Shown one piece after another: positions 35,888-49,328 of a stretch of 64,000 nt of DNA. Made by a program: the position numbers and the translations under genes. The notes below the pieces were generated by a model that saw only the letters and a list, made by a program, of their open reading frames with translations, was not told the DNA's origin and searched no databases. Source of the stretch: Chrysomallon squamiferum (lineage: Eukaryota; Animalia; Mollusca); contig CM022678.1 in assembly GCA_012295275.1 (NCBI GenBank), forward strand, positions 9,796,001 to 9,860,000, written 5' to 3'. Position 1 is the first letter of the stretch. Each line of letters starts with the position of its first letter.

Positions 35888-36678
35888 AGAAAGAGTGAGA
35901 GAAGCTGACAGATTGGGAGTAGTAGGTAAATCAAATTACATTTATATATAATTAGTCAAACACTGATTGGGAGTAGTAGGTAAATCAAATGACATTTATA
36001 TATAATTAGTCAAACACTAATTGGGAGTAGTAGGTAAATCAAATGACATTTATATATAATTAGTCAAACACTAATTGGGAGTAGTAGGTAAACCAAATTA
36101 CATTTATATATAATTAGTCAAACACTGATTGGGAATAGTAGGTAAATCAAATTACATTTATATATAATTAGTCAAACACTAATTGGGAGTAGTAGGTAAA
36201 CCAAATTACATTTATATATAATTAGTCAAACACTAATTGGGAGTAGTAGGTAAATCAAATGACATTTATATATAATTAGTCAAACACTAATTGGGAGTAG
36301 TAGGTAAATCAAATTACATTTATATATAATTAGTCAAACACTCATTGGAAGTAGTAGGTAAATCAAATGACATTTATATATAATTAGTCAAACACTGATT
36401 GGGAGTAGTAGGTAAATCAAATGACATGTATATATAATTAGTCAAACACTGATTGGGAGTAGTAGGTAAATCAACTGACATTTATATATAATTAGTCAAA
36501 CACTGATGATTTAAATGGAATACCTCTCCTCTGTTGTAGTAATCTATAGCCTGGTCTACACATACACAATCAGACAGCAGTGTCCATGCTATTTACAGAC
36601 ATTTACTATTATCAGAGTAGCAATTATCAGTATTGCTGATACACTCACACTCTCTCAGGAACATAAATATACGTAAAG
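34833..36678 (-). pseudogene. Unassigned exon-like fragments downstream of the LRR exons (36524-36678 EGF-like and disrupted; 35517-35594; 34833-34977)
   Basis: Canonical AG/GT boundaries. Translations: ECISNTDNCYSDNSKC/VNSMDTAV*LCMCRPGYRL; AKIFEQPVIVSRINIKVDDVKSTELQ; QEVEKRMKVRQAEDSAHPELIL...W*. Confidence 0.4.
35911..36506 (+). repeat. 54-bp minisatellite, 11 copies
   Basis: gattgggagtagtaggtaaatcaaatKacatttatatataattagtcaaacact. Confidence 0.96.
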
Positions 36679-37375
36679 CTAAAATTACTATATTAATTAT
36701 AAAAGGCTGAACGACAGACTCAGAGACAGAACATCAGAACAAAAGCAAAAAGGAAACAAGCAGTTTATACATATTTAAATACTTAATAACAAATACATAA
36801 TAATTAATACAACTACAAATATATAAGAAAAAAATAAATATTTATATGCATTAAAAGTATCTACATAAAATTATTTCATAATAAAAAGTTTAGTTTAATA
36901 TTCTTAGCATACAGTTTAACTAAATTGTCTATGTCAGATACAGAAAGATAAGGATTATATATAGAATAATTATTCAAATATTATAAAAATTTATAAAATT
37001 TAAAAAACAATTACCTGAAATAAGTTTAACTAAATCGTCAATGACAGATACAGAAAGATCAGGACAATTTCCAATGTCCACATCTTTCAAAGAAAGGAGT
37101 TTTACATGGAAACGTTCCACCAGAAACTCCAACAGCTGGTTGGATAAACAACTGCAGTTCAGACTTAATTCCTGTAGAGAACTTGTGTCTGATTTGGATT
37201 CTGCAATACCTGAAATAAGTGAAAAACAGTATTAACAAACCTGGTAACTATTGTTAACTATCAGCAGAAAAAAAAAAAAAAAAAGTAGAAAAAATATAAT
37301 AATGAGAAATTTGTCAAATCTAGATAGTTACAGAATGAAATACACGTGGGTGTCTGTAGATATATATATATATAA

Positions 37376-37485
<110 letters not shown>

Positions 37486-38224
37486 TTGTGTGTTTGTGTA
37501 ACTACGTTCTTTGGTATACCCATTGTGTCGCATTGATTTTAGCTGAGATAAAATAATAATAATAAATAAATAAATAAATAAATACTTGTATTAAAAGTGT
37601 CAAATCATGATGTGACATCCCTACTTTACCTTCAACAGTAAGTGTTTGGTTGTTAACTTTTGCATCTTTCAGATGAAAAGCTGTCATCTTGAATGACTGA
37701 AAACAGCAGACAGAAACTAGATTAAGTGATCATAGCTGGCAATAAAAACAAATAATAATAATAATAATAATAATTCACAATGTGCACAATCTACATTAAC
37801 AGAAAATAATTTAATGGCAGTGATTAGAATTTTCTGTGACTGCAGTACACAAATCTTTAGACCAACATCACTCATATTACACTGACTGACACATACAGAC
37901 AATAACACACACCCTGGCTTCCGTCAATAAAAATAAATAATGAAATTAAACTAATATTAAAATTTTATATACCTACATAGAGAAAGATATATGATGACAG
38001 ACATATATTGTTAAAGATTATACAGACAGATATCCATGTAAGAACACACACCTGCACATCACACAACATCACATATACATTAACTCACAACACACACATA
38101 CACACACAACACACAATTTCACATATACATTAACTCACACACACACACACACACAACACACAATTTCACATATACATTAACACACACACACACACACACA
38201 CACCACACAATTTCACATATACAT

Positions 38225-38266
<42 letters not shown>

Positions 38267-38456
38267 AGACACACAGATAGATGTATTCTGTTAATAATAC
38301 AAATGCTGTTGATGTTGTTATAACAACTAATGTACATGTTTATCATCAACTACTATACCACTTTTCACCAATATTTACTATTACACTTTTCATCTGAACA
38401 GTAAATTGTTTAAGTTGTGAAACTTCCTCTCACCCTTAAAGCAGCAGCCAGTCCTT

Positions 38457-38840
38457 TAGTGAGAGCAGTTTTATCAGATAATACATTACTAGACAGATCT
38501 AGTTCTGTGAGTCCAGTGTTTAGTGAGAGCAGTTTTATCAGATAATCCATTACTAGACAGATCTAGTTCTGTGAGTCCAGTGTTTAGTGAGAGCAGTTTT
38601 ATCAGATAATCCATTACTAGACAGATCTAGTTTTGTGAGTCCAGTGTTTAGCAAGAGCAGTTTTATCAGATAATCCACTACTAGACAGATCTAGTTCTGT
38701 GAGTCCAGTGATTAGTGAGAGCAGTTTTATCAGATAATCCACTACTAGACAGATCTAGTTCTGTGAGTCCAGTGTTTAGTGAGACCAGTTTTATCAGATA
38801 ATCTATTACTAGACAGATCTAGTTCTGTGAGTCCAGTGTT
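38457..38840 (-). repeat. 64-bp tandem repeat, 6 copies, made of an LRR-coding segment
   Basis: The unit encodes NTGLTELDLSSNxLSDKTALT. Starts at 38457, 38521, 38585, 38649, 38713 and 38777. Confidence 0.95.
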
Positions 38841-39169
38841 TTCTACCAGAGTTGATGACAGGAGTTTCATATCAGTGGAGCCTACACTTAGCTCTGAAAA
38901 TAAATAAATAAATTTAAAAAATAGAAAAAGTAAATAAATACAAAAATATCAGTAGCTCTGAAATTATAGAGAAATAAATATTTATATGAATAAAACCAAT
39001 ATAAATAACTAAATAAATAAAAAAGAAAGTTAATAAATTTTAAAAATATAATGAAAAATTTGGATTTTTGTGTATGTGCTAATGTTTCTTAGAGGAGAGA
39101 GAGAGAGAAAGAGAAAGATAGTAAGAGAGAGAGAGAGAGACAAGAAAGGGAAAGAGATAGAAAAACAGT

Positions 39170-39220
<51 letters not shown>

Positions 39221-39258
39221 AAGAAAGAGAGAGAGCAAGAAAGAGAAAGAGAAAAACA

Positions 39259-39296
<38 letters not shown>

Positions 39297-39315
39297 AAGA
39301 AAGGGAAAGAGAAAA

Positions 39316-39377
<62 letters not shown>

Positions 39378-40290
39378 GAGAGATAGAAACAGAAAGAGAA
39401 TGAAAAGTGAAATATTGGCAGATAAAGAAAAGTTAAAAAAAAAAAAAAATAAGAAGAAAGCTGAGACTTTTCAGTGTTTTGTTTTCTTTAAGAGCTGGAC
39501 TGACACAGTGAGAGAAATAATCATTTCCTAGAGAATTACTCGACACATCCAAATATTCCAGTTTACCAACAACATTTTGACTATGAAACAAAACACTCAA
39601 GTTGTGTGTATTAGTAGTAAAAACTATTAACACAAATTGTTAACACTTATTTATTTGTTATTATTAAAATGCAGTTAGTAGATGACATCATCATGTTTTA
39701 ACAGTAGTAACAGTATCAACAGCAGTGATAGTAGTTGAGGTAATAACAGCAATAGAACTAGTATAACAGTGGTAGGATTCGTTGTAGTCTAGCAGTTTTA
39801 TTATTAGTAACAGTAGTAGTAGTAGCAGCAGCAGTTGTAGCAGTATTAGTAAAAATTAACATTTGTAGTATAAGTAGCAACAGTAGAAATAGCAGTAACA
39901 GACATAGAGGTAAATAGATATATAATTACTCTTTATAGATTTAGTGTGTTGAAAGTCACTGTTAGTAACATTTTTTAAGTAGTAGAATAATAATAGTAAC
40001 AGTTGTAGTAGCAGAAGTAGCCATATTAGTAAGTAACTGATAATCCTGGACAATTACATATACCATTACTACTACTACTAATAATAATGATAACAATAAC
40101 TATAACAATGACAATAATAATAATAAAAAAAGAAGAAGAAGAGGAAGATGAAGATGGTGAAGAAGAAGATGAAGAACAAGAAGAGAAAATAAGATTTTTG
40201 TTTTCACAATTAGACATATATAAATGTAAAAATAATTTCTTGTTATTGGTATAAGCATTGTGTAATAAATATGGAATTCTTTAAACTGGT

Positions 40291-40519
40291 TTTATTATTA
40301 TTATTATTGTTACTATTATTATTATTATTATTATTACTATTATTATTATTATTATTATTACTATTATTATTATTATTATTATTACTATTATTATGATTAT
40401 ATTATTATTATTATTACTATTATTATTATTACTATTATTATTATTATTATTATTATTACTATTATTATATACTATTATTATTAGTAGTATTATTATTATT
40501 ACTATTATTATTATTACTA

Positions 40520-40587
<68 letters not shown>
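40291..40587 (+). repeat. (ATT/ACT)n trinucleotide tract
   Basis: Intronic low-complexity tract next to the LRR exon donor. Confidence 0.95.
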
Positions 40588-43312
40588 AAACATTTTATAA
40601 GTTATAATTAAGATTACTCACAGCACTCTCAGTGTCTGTTTTGTTGGTGGTGAGGCTAAGGAAGATCACTGTTGTGTTAGAACACATTGCCAAACACACA
40701 GCTCGGAAAGCCTGGATTCCAAAACTGTTTCCAGGTAAATTTAAAATCTAATTAAAAAATAAGTAAATAAACAAAAATAAAGGTGTTAATAATTAATGAA
40801 AATATAGAATACTAAATTATTCAGTAGGTTGTAATATTAAATAAAATAATGAAAAGAGTGATAACATGAATGTAAATATCCAATATTATGTAATTCAGTA
40901 TGATTATATTTTAAATAAATTCAAAATAATAAGAAAATTAATAAATAAATGAAAGATAGATAGATACATACATTAGATAGATAGAAGATAAATAGAAAGA
41001 TTTATAAATAAATAAATAAAATAAAAATAATCAACTGTCTACTAAAACTTGTTTTAAGAGCATTTTTATAAATTAAAACTATAAATAAAATTAAAAATTA
41101 TTTAAATAACTGACTCTTAAGCTATTTATGTTCAGAATTATCAGAAGAGAACTTAAAGAAAGATTACATAAAATATTTTCTTTCTTTGTTATACTTCAAA
41201 ATATTACAACTTTGACAATAATTGCTAAAAAAACATAAAGAAAAGAAAGGAAGAAAAAAGAAAGAAAACTAAAATCTTGACAGTTAGGAACAAATAAGAA
41301 ATGATATATAAAGACACAGACTGAGATACAAACAGATAAGTATATAGTAAGTGGAGACATAGGTATATAGACAGATTCTTAGAAAGAAATACACACAGAC
41401 AAATAGAAAAGCAGAGAGAGACAGAAATAAAATAAATAAATAGGGAGGCAGACAGAAAGAGAAACAGACAGACAGACTAAGACACATTTACAGACATATT
41501 TACCTGAATATCTTTTAAACATTCTAAAATCTGACTAAGTGGTAAAGCTTGTGTCAGTTTAAGTCTTGGTGTGGCTGCTTTCAACAAAAACTCCAGTTTC
41601 ACAAGAAGATTAATCAGTCAAATCACATGATCAAACTTTTTCTGTAGCTATGGATCCATATCTTCCTTGCTGTCACCCTTACTGAAAGAAATTTTTAAAA
41701 CTAACTTCTTTTCTTTTGTCCGAGTTGTTTCAGCAGTTTGTTCACTTTCTTTCTTAGACATTATTTTTACTGAACACCTCTGTCAGTGGGTGGTGGTGTT
41801 TCTGGATGTTTCTTTTCTAATGTGTCTGGATGTGTCTTGGCTCAGGAGTTTGAGTTTTCAGTGGTTCGTGTTGTGATGTCAGTTTGTCTTGGATCTAATG
41901 GTGGTACTGGTGTTGTTGGTGCCAATTGCTGTTTCATTTTCAGTGATGTAAAACCCATTTGTCTACAAACACAAAGCTTCCTGATGTGAAACTCTATTTC
42001 CAGACTCTGTAATCAGTTACAGAAACTGGTACATCTAAACATTCTTTAAATTTCTCAGTATTCAAACATATGTATATCTTATTTCTTTTTATTCATTCAA
42101 ATTCAGACCACTTTTAAATTGTCAAAGAGAAAATTTTGTTTAATAATACAAGAATCATCATTTTTGAAAACATATTTATAAAAACAATGGATCACTTTTC
42201 ATGATGTTAGAGTGCCATAAACAATTCAGTGTGATTCTAATTATGCATAATGAAGACTCATATCACAAATAAGTTTTGCACATAATCAGCTAATAACAAA
42301 TATTTTCAACACTTGTGAATTAATAAAAGCTGGTGCAATATCATGATGAAACAAATACAGCATTATCCCATTTAGTTATATCATTATGAATGAAATATTT
42401 TAGTGAAACTAGAAAAATGAAGACTGGTGAATATGTATAAGAATTTTGGCAGGTTATTTGTTACATTCATGATCATTGGTTTATTACAGATCAATGGCCA
42501 GTCTTTTATTACAGACACCGTGACTGGCTATTTTTAACTCTCAGATCACTATAGTTACATGATAGGTAAATAACAAACTTTTTACCAGACTTTTCTTACA
42601 GACATACTGACTGGATAAAAGAACTCACAGAATTTTGTTACAATCATAGCGATTGGTTAATTATAAATCCCAGATCTGCTATAATGAATTATCATTGGTT
42701 GGTGGCCTAACAGTGTCTATCTCAAGCACTTCAGTTCTTTGTTTGAGCAGTTTTATCTGTCTCTCGTAGTGATCTGTCATCCCCTGTAACTGAGTCTCAG
42801 TTTCTTCAGCTTGCTCTGGTGCTTCTTCTTTGCTTTATCAAACGCTGATATCAAGGCACTGGAGGCAAAATAAATAAACAAATAAATAAAATTAGTTTAT
42901 GGTATTAAGGCACTATGGGGGGAAAATAAAATAAAATAATGATATAATATTAGATATGTCAGTTATATAACAGAAATACTAATGCTATCATTACAAAACA
43001 TAACAAAAAGAAGATAAAAATTAGATGCAATAATTTATGTTAGAAATATATAAATGTTAATAACAACAGTATTAATAAAATTTATTTTAATACTACACAA
43101 AAAAAAAATCTTCCACAAAAAATCCCAGACAATAAAAACCAATGAAATTATGATAGTTTATATACTGTTTATATAACTATAATATTCAAATAATAAGTTT
43201 AGTATCAAAATGTCTCTAAATATAATTTGAAATTACTGTTTGAAACGTGTATGTGTTTGCATAGATCAATGTTTATTGTAGAACATGTAGGTTATGCATG
43301 ACATGCACACAC

Positions 43313-44273
43313 CTGTATGTTTACCTGTTAGCTCGTTTCAGGTCACTGACAAACTCTGCTGACTGCTGATTTCTGTATGTTTACCTGTTATGTCTGTATG
43401 TTTACCTGTTAACTCGTTTCAGGTCACTGACAAACTCTGCTGACTGCTGATGTCTGCATGTTTACCTGTTAGCTCGTTTCAGGTCACTGACACACTCTGC
43501 TGTCTGTTGATGTCTGTATGTTTACCTGTTAGCTCGTTTCAGGTCTCTGACAAACTCTGCTGACTGTTGATGTCTGTATGTTTACCTGTTAGCTCGTTTC
43601 AGGTCTCTGACAAACTCTGCTGACTGTTGATGTCTGTATGTTTACCTGTTAGCTCGTTTCAGGTCACTGACAAACTCTGCTGACTGCTGATGTCTGTATG
43701 TTTACCTGTTAGCTCGTTTCAGGTCTCTGACAAACTCTGCTGACTGTTGATGTCTGTATGTTTACCTGTTAGCTTGTTTCAGGTCTCTGACAAACTCTGC
43801 TGACTGTTGATGTCTGTATGTTTACCTGTTAGCTCGTTTCAGGTCACTGACAAACTCTGCTGACTGCTGATTTCTGTATGTTTACCTGTTAGCTCGTTTC
43901 AGGTCTCTGACAAACTCTGCTGTCTGCTGATGTCTGTATGTTTACCTGTGAGCTCGTTTCAGGTCACTGACAAACTCTGCTGACTGCTGATTTCTGTATG
44001 TTTACCTGTTAGCTCGTTTCAGGTCTCTGACAAACTCTGCTGACTGCTGATGTCTGTATGTTTACCTGTTAGCTCGTTTCAGGTCACTGACAAACTCTGC
44101 TGACTGTTGATGTCTGTATGTTTACCTGTTATGTCTGTATGTTTACCTGTTAGCTCGTTTCAGGTCTCTGACAAACTCTGCTGACTGTTGATGTCTGTAT
44201 GTTTACCTGTTATGTCTGTATGTTTACCTGTTAGCTCGTTTCAGGTCTCTGACAAACTCTGCTGACTGTTGAT
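43313..44273 (-). repeat. 60-bp tandem array (15 full units plus three 21-bp partials) of the MCC exon end and splice donor
   Basis: Unit AGA CAT CAR CAG TCA GCA GAG TTT GTC AGW GAC CTG AAA CGA GCT AAC AG|GTAAACATAC = RHQQSAEFV(S/R)DLKRAN plus donor. Confidence 0.97.
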
Positions 44274-44868
44274 CACATCATTCAATCTCAGCTCACAGAT
44301 AGCTTTAGCTGTCAGCTCATCATCTTCATCATCCTGATGATAAATGATTAGTCATTTAAAATTTTACTAATTATGAAAGCTATCATATTATCATCATGAT
44401 GAACATAATAATTAATTAAAATTGTAAAAACCATATACAATTATCTTCATCACTTTGATGATTTACATCAATAAAATTATAATAAGTAATTATTACACCA
44501 TCATCATCATCCTGATGATAAATGATATAAACTCAGATAATAAAATTAGAATTATGAAAGATGCTAGTTCCTTACTTTTATCATCTTGATGATTCAAGAT
44601 TTAAAAGATTTAAAATTTTAATACTTACACAAGATTTCAATTCATCATGACACATTTAAAATTTTAAAAGTAATTATGAAGGACAGTTTCGGTTTCAAAA
44701 TCAATATTATGACATAACCTATTATGATGTTATTATTACTTAGCGTTTACTATTTATAGATTTCTATTACACTCTCTAAGTCAATATTCTTAGAAAACAG
44801 AATTTAAAATTATAATAAAGAATGTGATAAACAGCATCAGTAGTTATGTCACACACAGTTGTGATCTG

Positions 44869-45390
44869 TTTTTATTATTTAGTTTTCTCTGTTTATATGA
44901 ACCATGTCAGTGTATATTAGAATACGAAATAACTAGTCTATCAAGTACATTTTTATTATTTAGTTTTCTCTGTTTATATGAACCATGTCAGTGTATATTA
45001 GAATATGAAATAACTAGTCTATCAAGTAAATTTTCATTATTTAGTTTTCTCTGTTTATGTGAACCAAGTCAGTGTATATTAGAATATGAAATAACTAGTC
45101 TATCAAGTAAATTTTTATTGTTTAGTTTTCTCTGTTTACATGAACCATGTCAGTGTATATTAGAATATGAAATAACTAGTCTATCAAGTACATTTTAATT
45201 ATTTAGTTTTCTATGTTTACATGAACCATGTCAGTGTATATTAGAATATGAAATAACTAGTCTATCAAGTACATTTTTATTATTTAGTTTTCTCTGTTTA
45301 CATGAACCATGTCAGTGTATATTAGAATATGAAATAAATAGTCTATCAAGTACATTTTTATTATTTAGTTTTCTATGTTTATATGAACAA
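44869..45390 (+). repeat. 81-bp intronic minisatellite, ~6.5 copies, degenerating to ~45550
   Basis: tttagttttctctgtttatatgaaccatgtcagtgtatattagaatatgaaataactagtctatcaagta units. Confidence 0.95.
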
Positions 45391-45689
45391 GTGAGTTGTT
45401 TAGAATGCACACATAAAATAACTAAACAGTCTATCAGTTATTTTAGTATTGTTTAGTTTTCTCTGTTCATGTGACAAATCAGAATACATAAGAAAATAAA
45501 TGAACAGTCTATCAATTATTTATTATAATTCTGTATTTTTCTGTTTAAATCAAAGTTTAAAACACACAAGGCATGACAAATAATAAAATCAGTTCTTAGA
45601 CATATCTACTGTGTATGTTATTATTATATTTGGTTCCCCTGTTTATATAATAATAATATCTGTCCAACTGCTAGAAGAGATAAAGTAAG

Positions 45690-46190
45690 AGAAAATCACA
45701 TTTCTCTTAGCCAAGTCTATGTTTAACTAATTACATATATATATATATATATATATATCCTATCTAACTTAGAAAGATAAAGTGATAAATAAAACAGAGA
45801 TAATCACATGTTTGTGTTTACCCAGTCTGTTTATTTAATTATATATATCCTATCTAACTTAGAAAGATAAAGTGATAAATAAAACAGAGATAATCACATG
45901 TTTGTGTTTACCCAGTCTGTTTATTTAATTATATATATACTATCTAACTTAGAAGAGATAAAGTGATAAATAAAACAGAGATAATCACCTGTTTGTGTTT
46001 GCCCAGTCTGTTTATATAATTATATGTATAAAGTATCTAACTTAGAAGAGATAAAGTGATAAATAAAACAGAGATAATCACATGTTTGTGTTTGCCCAGT
46101 CTGTTATATAATTATATCTAACTTAGAAGAGATAAAGTGATAAATAAAACAGAGATATTCACATGTTTGTGTTTGCCGTCTCTGCCCAGT
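45690..46190 (-). repeat. ~90-bp tandem repeat, ~5 copies, including an MCC exon end and donor
   Basis: tatctaacttagaa anchors at 45761, 45851, 45941, 46034 and 46115. The minus-strand unit contains cagactgggcaaacacaaacat|gtgattatctctg. Confidence 0.88.
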
Positions 46191-49100
46191 CTCTGCTGGT
46201 GCTCTGAGATCTCACACTTGAGATGCTCTATCTGTACTCTGTAGGCCTGCTCCTGTGACTCCTTACCACTCAGTCAAAACTCCAGACTTTCTTCTCCTTC
46301 TTGTTTGGTGCTACATTTCATAACATTGACCTTCATAGCCATCAGCTCCAGCATTAACACAGCATTTTCCAAATCCAGTCTTTGAGCTTCTGGAGTTTTC
46401 TTGGGTTCATCAAGCAGAGGATCAAAGTGTAAACTCTCCAGCTCCATGACGGTCATTCTGACCACTGCCCAGTCATTCTTCAGTGACTGAATGTACTCAC
46501 ACAGTCTCTGTTCATCCAGTTTTGTGAAGTCAATGTCCATTCAGCTGGCCGTAGAACTGGACATGCTGGACAATTCAAAATGAAAAGTTGGTTTGGTAAA
46601 GATTATCACTAGACATGGAAAAGTAAGTTAATCGACTTGAAATTTATAATTCTATAAGTCAGGTAAAATCCTTTTAAAAAGATAGTTAACAGATAACTTA
46701 AATAATAACACAATAACTTTAATAAACTACAAAATCTAAATTTATCTTAGTAAGAAAAAACCCAATTAGATGCAAAACTATGTTCTTATAATTATAAGTC
46801 CATTCTGGGTATAAAAATAGATTCCAGTAAAGTACAAAATAAAGATAATTTATATATAAAAACACAATCACTTAAAGTGTTCAAAACAATGTAGATTAAA
46901 TTCAATACAAGGTATTGTCTCTGTTTTTGAAGGTACAAAAATACAGTCAATTTAAATATAAAGTCAGTTTAAATACTGAAAAACAAACTATTAATGTATA
47001 AAAGTAAATTTCAGTATTCAACTTTAAGAGAATAATTAAAATGCTAAAGACAAAATATTATTAGACAGAAAAGCAATTATAGTAGAGTAATAAAACGAAG
47101 TGAAAGTAGAATACCAGATGTCATCTTTAAGTAACTGACAAACAAAGTGTATTAATTAACAAAGTCAATTTCAGTATTTATAACTAAATCTACAACAATA
47201 GAAAAGAAAGTCCATTTAATACAAAAAAAGTTAGTGATGTAGCAATTACTGAAATAATATATTTTAAAATAAGAATTTTAGTTGTAACTTACTCAGACTT
47301 CCAAGGCCTGCAGCTCTACAGTTAGCTAACAAAACTCCCATCTCACTCTCCAGCAGAACACACAACACTTCATACACCTCTATCATCTGATCAGAGTAGT
47401 TAATAGCCAACTGCAGCGCTGTGTTGTTAGACTCATACTTCCCCACCAACGCTGTCAACCTCTCCGAGTAGGACTTGCTCTCATTCAGCGTCAGGTTAGC
47501 CAAGTCATTCTGTGACTTGAGGTGGTCAATTCTGCTCTGAAGTCTTTCAAACTCATTTTCAAACTCTTTCACTTTGGTTTCTCCTATCTCAGAACCACAC
47601 TTGTACAAAGTCTGAACAATTTCCTGCATGTTAGAACAGCCCTGTAAACTCTGCACTAAATGTTCAGCCAATTTTGTATTTGGAAGCTGAAGTAGAAATT
47701 ATGAAAAAGTCATAACTCAAGAGTTATTTATTCTGTGTTACTGTTTAAAAATTGATTTGAAAGGCTATTACCACAGGTCAAAAAACATAAGGTTTAAAAT
47801 CAGTTAAATTCATATCAGATGTCATGAAAAATATATCAATGACTAATTCTGTGTTATTGTTTAAGAATTTATTTATTTTAGTTAATTTGATACAGAATTG
47901 CCATAGGGCAAAAAATATAAGGTGAAAAAATCAGATATGAAAAAATAATGAGTAATTCTTTGTTATTGTTAAAAATGTATTTATTTTGGCAATTTGATTT
48001 GGAATGATGTTAAGTTTCTACGAAAATTATAAAAAAAAATCTGTCAGTATATTCCAATTTAACATTTAAATGTGTTAAGCATTAGTTATAAATTTGTTAA
48101 AATATTATGCTTGTGTGTTTTATGTGGTTATGTAACATTAGAAAGTTAAAAAATTCAGTAATTTTCCAACGAAGTTACATTCCAGCACAGGAAATATCAC
48201 TGTGATATAAATGATGTTAAATTCAGATTAACCCCAAGGGAGGTAATTTCAGCACCAAGAATCTGTCTTCTCCAGCACATGTTTTAATTTCTTCAGTTCT
48301 GCTATTTTAGCTACAGGAAACTGATCACTGCCTGCAGTGGTCCTGTGGATTAATTAATATTAAATAAATAAATAAGTAAATAAATAGAATATTTACATAA
48401 ATACTTAAATAATAAATACACTATCAGATATTTTTAATAGTAAATAAGCATCAGATGGATGTCATACAATAGAAAGAAAAAATAATATATGTGTTTACAC
48501 TGTCTATCTCCACTGATTCCCTTAGTTAAAACAAACACATAAAATAATAATTAAACTAATGTAACTTGGTAAACAGGAAAGATACCAACAGACTGGAAAC
48601 TCACTACCAATCAACTACAGACCAGTTACACTAACATCACACATGTAAAACCCTTGACACACTGGTAAAACACACACCTGAACAAACACTTAAATAACAA
48701 CAATTTAACAAGTAAATAACAAAACACTACAACAGTTTACTAAATTCCATTCAATAAATAATAAAAAAAGTAATTACATAGATTACTGGTGTGCAGGCAG
48801 ATCTCTAAACAACCAAATACAAACAAACCAAAACAACTTGAATGACTGCCTTTAAACTGAGAGACAAAGATTTCACTTGGACAGCATGCCTCCTCTCTAA
48901 TAAAGTAAAAGAAAAAAAGAAAGAAAGATAAAAGCAAAATAACACTAGAAATAGATAACCATTTAATAACAAAGAAAATCATTGAAATTTTTAGTAGTCA
49001 TATTCGACAGCCAACTTCTGATGCCACATACAGAAGATAATCATATCTTGTAAAAACTTTTACCAAGCATCACACTTACTGACAGTCTCGTGTTAGAATA

Positions 49101-49201
49101 AAACATACAACCATTAAAATACAGACAAAAACCTACACACACTAAAATACTGTGTTAAAATCCACTCTCAGTAATAAACATCTCATGAAGGATCTAGGCC
49201 C

Positions 49202-49328
49202 TTTAAAACTCACCTTTCACTACAATCTAATTTTAAAACTCACCTTTCACTACAATCTAGTTTTAAAACTCACCTTTCACTACAATCTAATTTTAAAACT
49301 CACCTTTCACTACAATCTAATTTTTAAA
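49202..49328 (-). repeat. 30-bp tandem repeat, 4 copies, each with an AAG|GTGAGT donor
   Basis: Minus-strand unit ttagattgtagtgaaag|gtgagttttaaaa. Confidence 0.95.

Noticed and set aside
44824-45198. 124-aa repetitive ORF
   Set aside because: An in-frame read of the 81-bp intronic minisatellite, antisense to MCC.
41504-46565. Stop-codon reassignment, selenocysteine or readthrough explaining the in-frame TGA/TAG
   Set aside because: The stops fall at positions expected to hold different residues (Ser, probably Arg and Gln) and co-occur with frameshifts, missing exons and deletions. Ordinary decay explains them.
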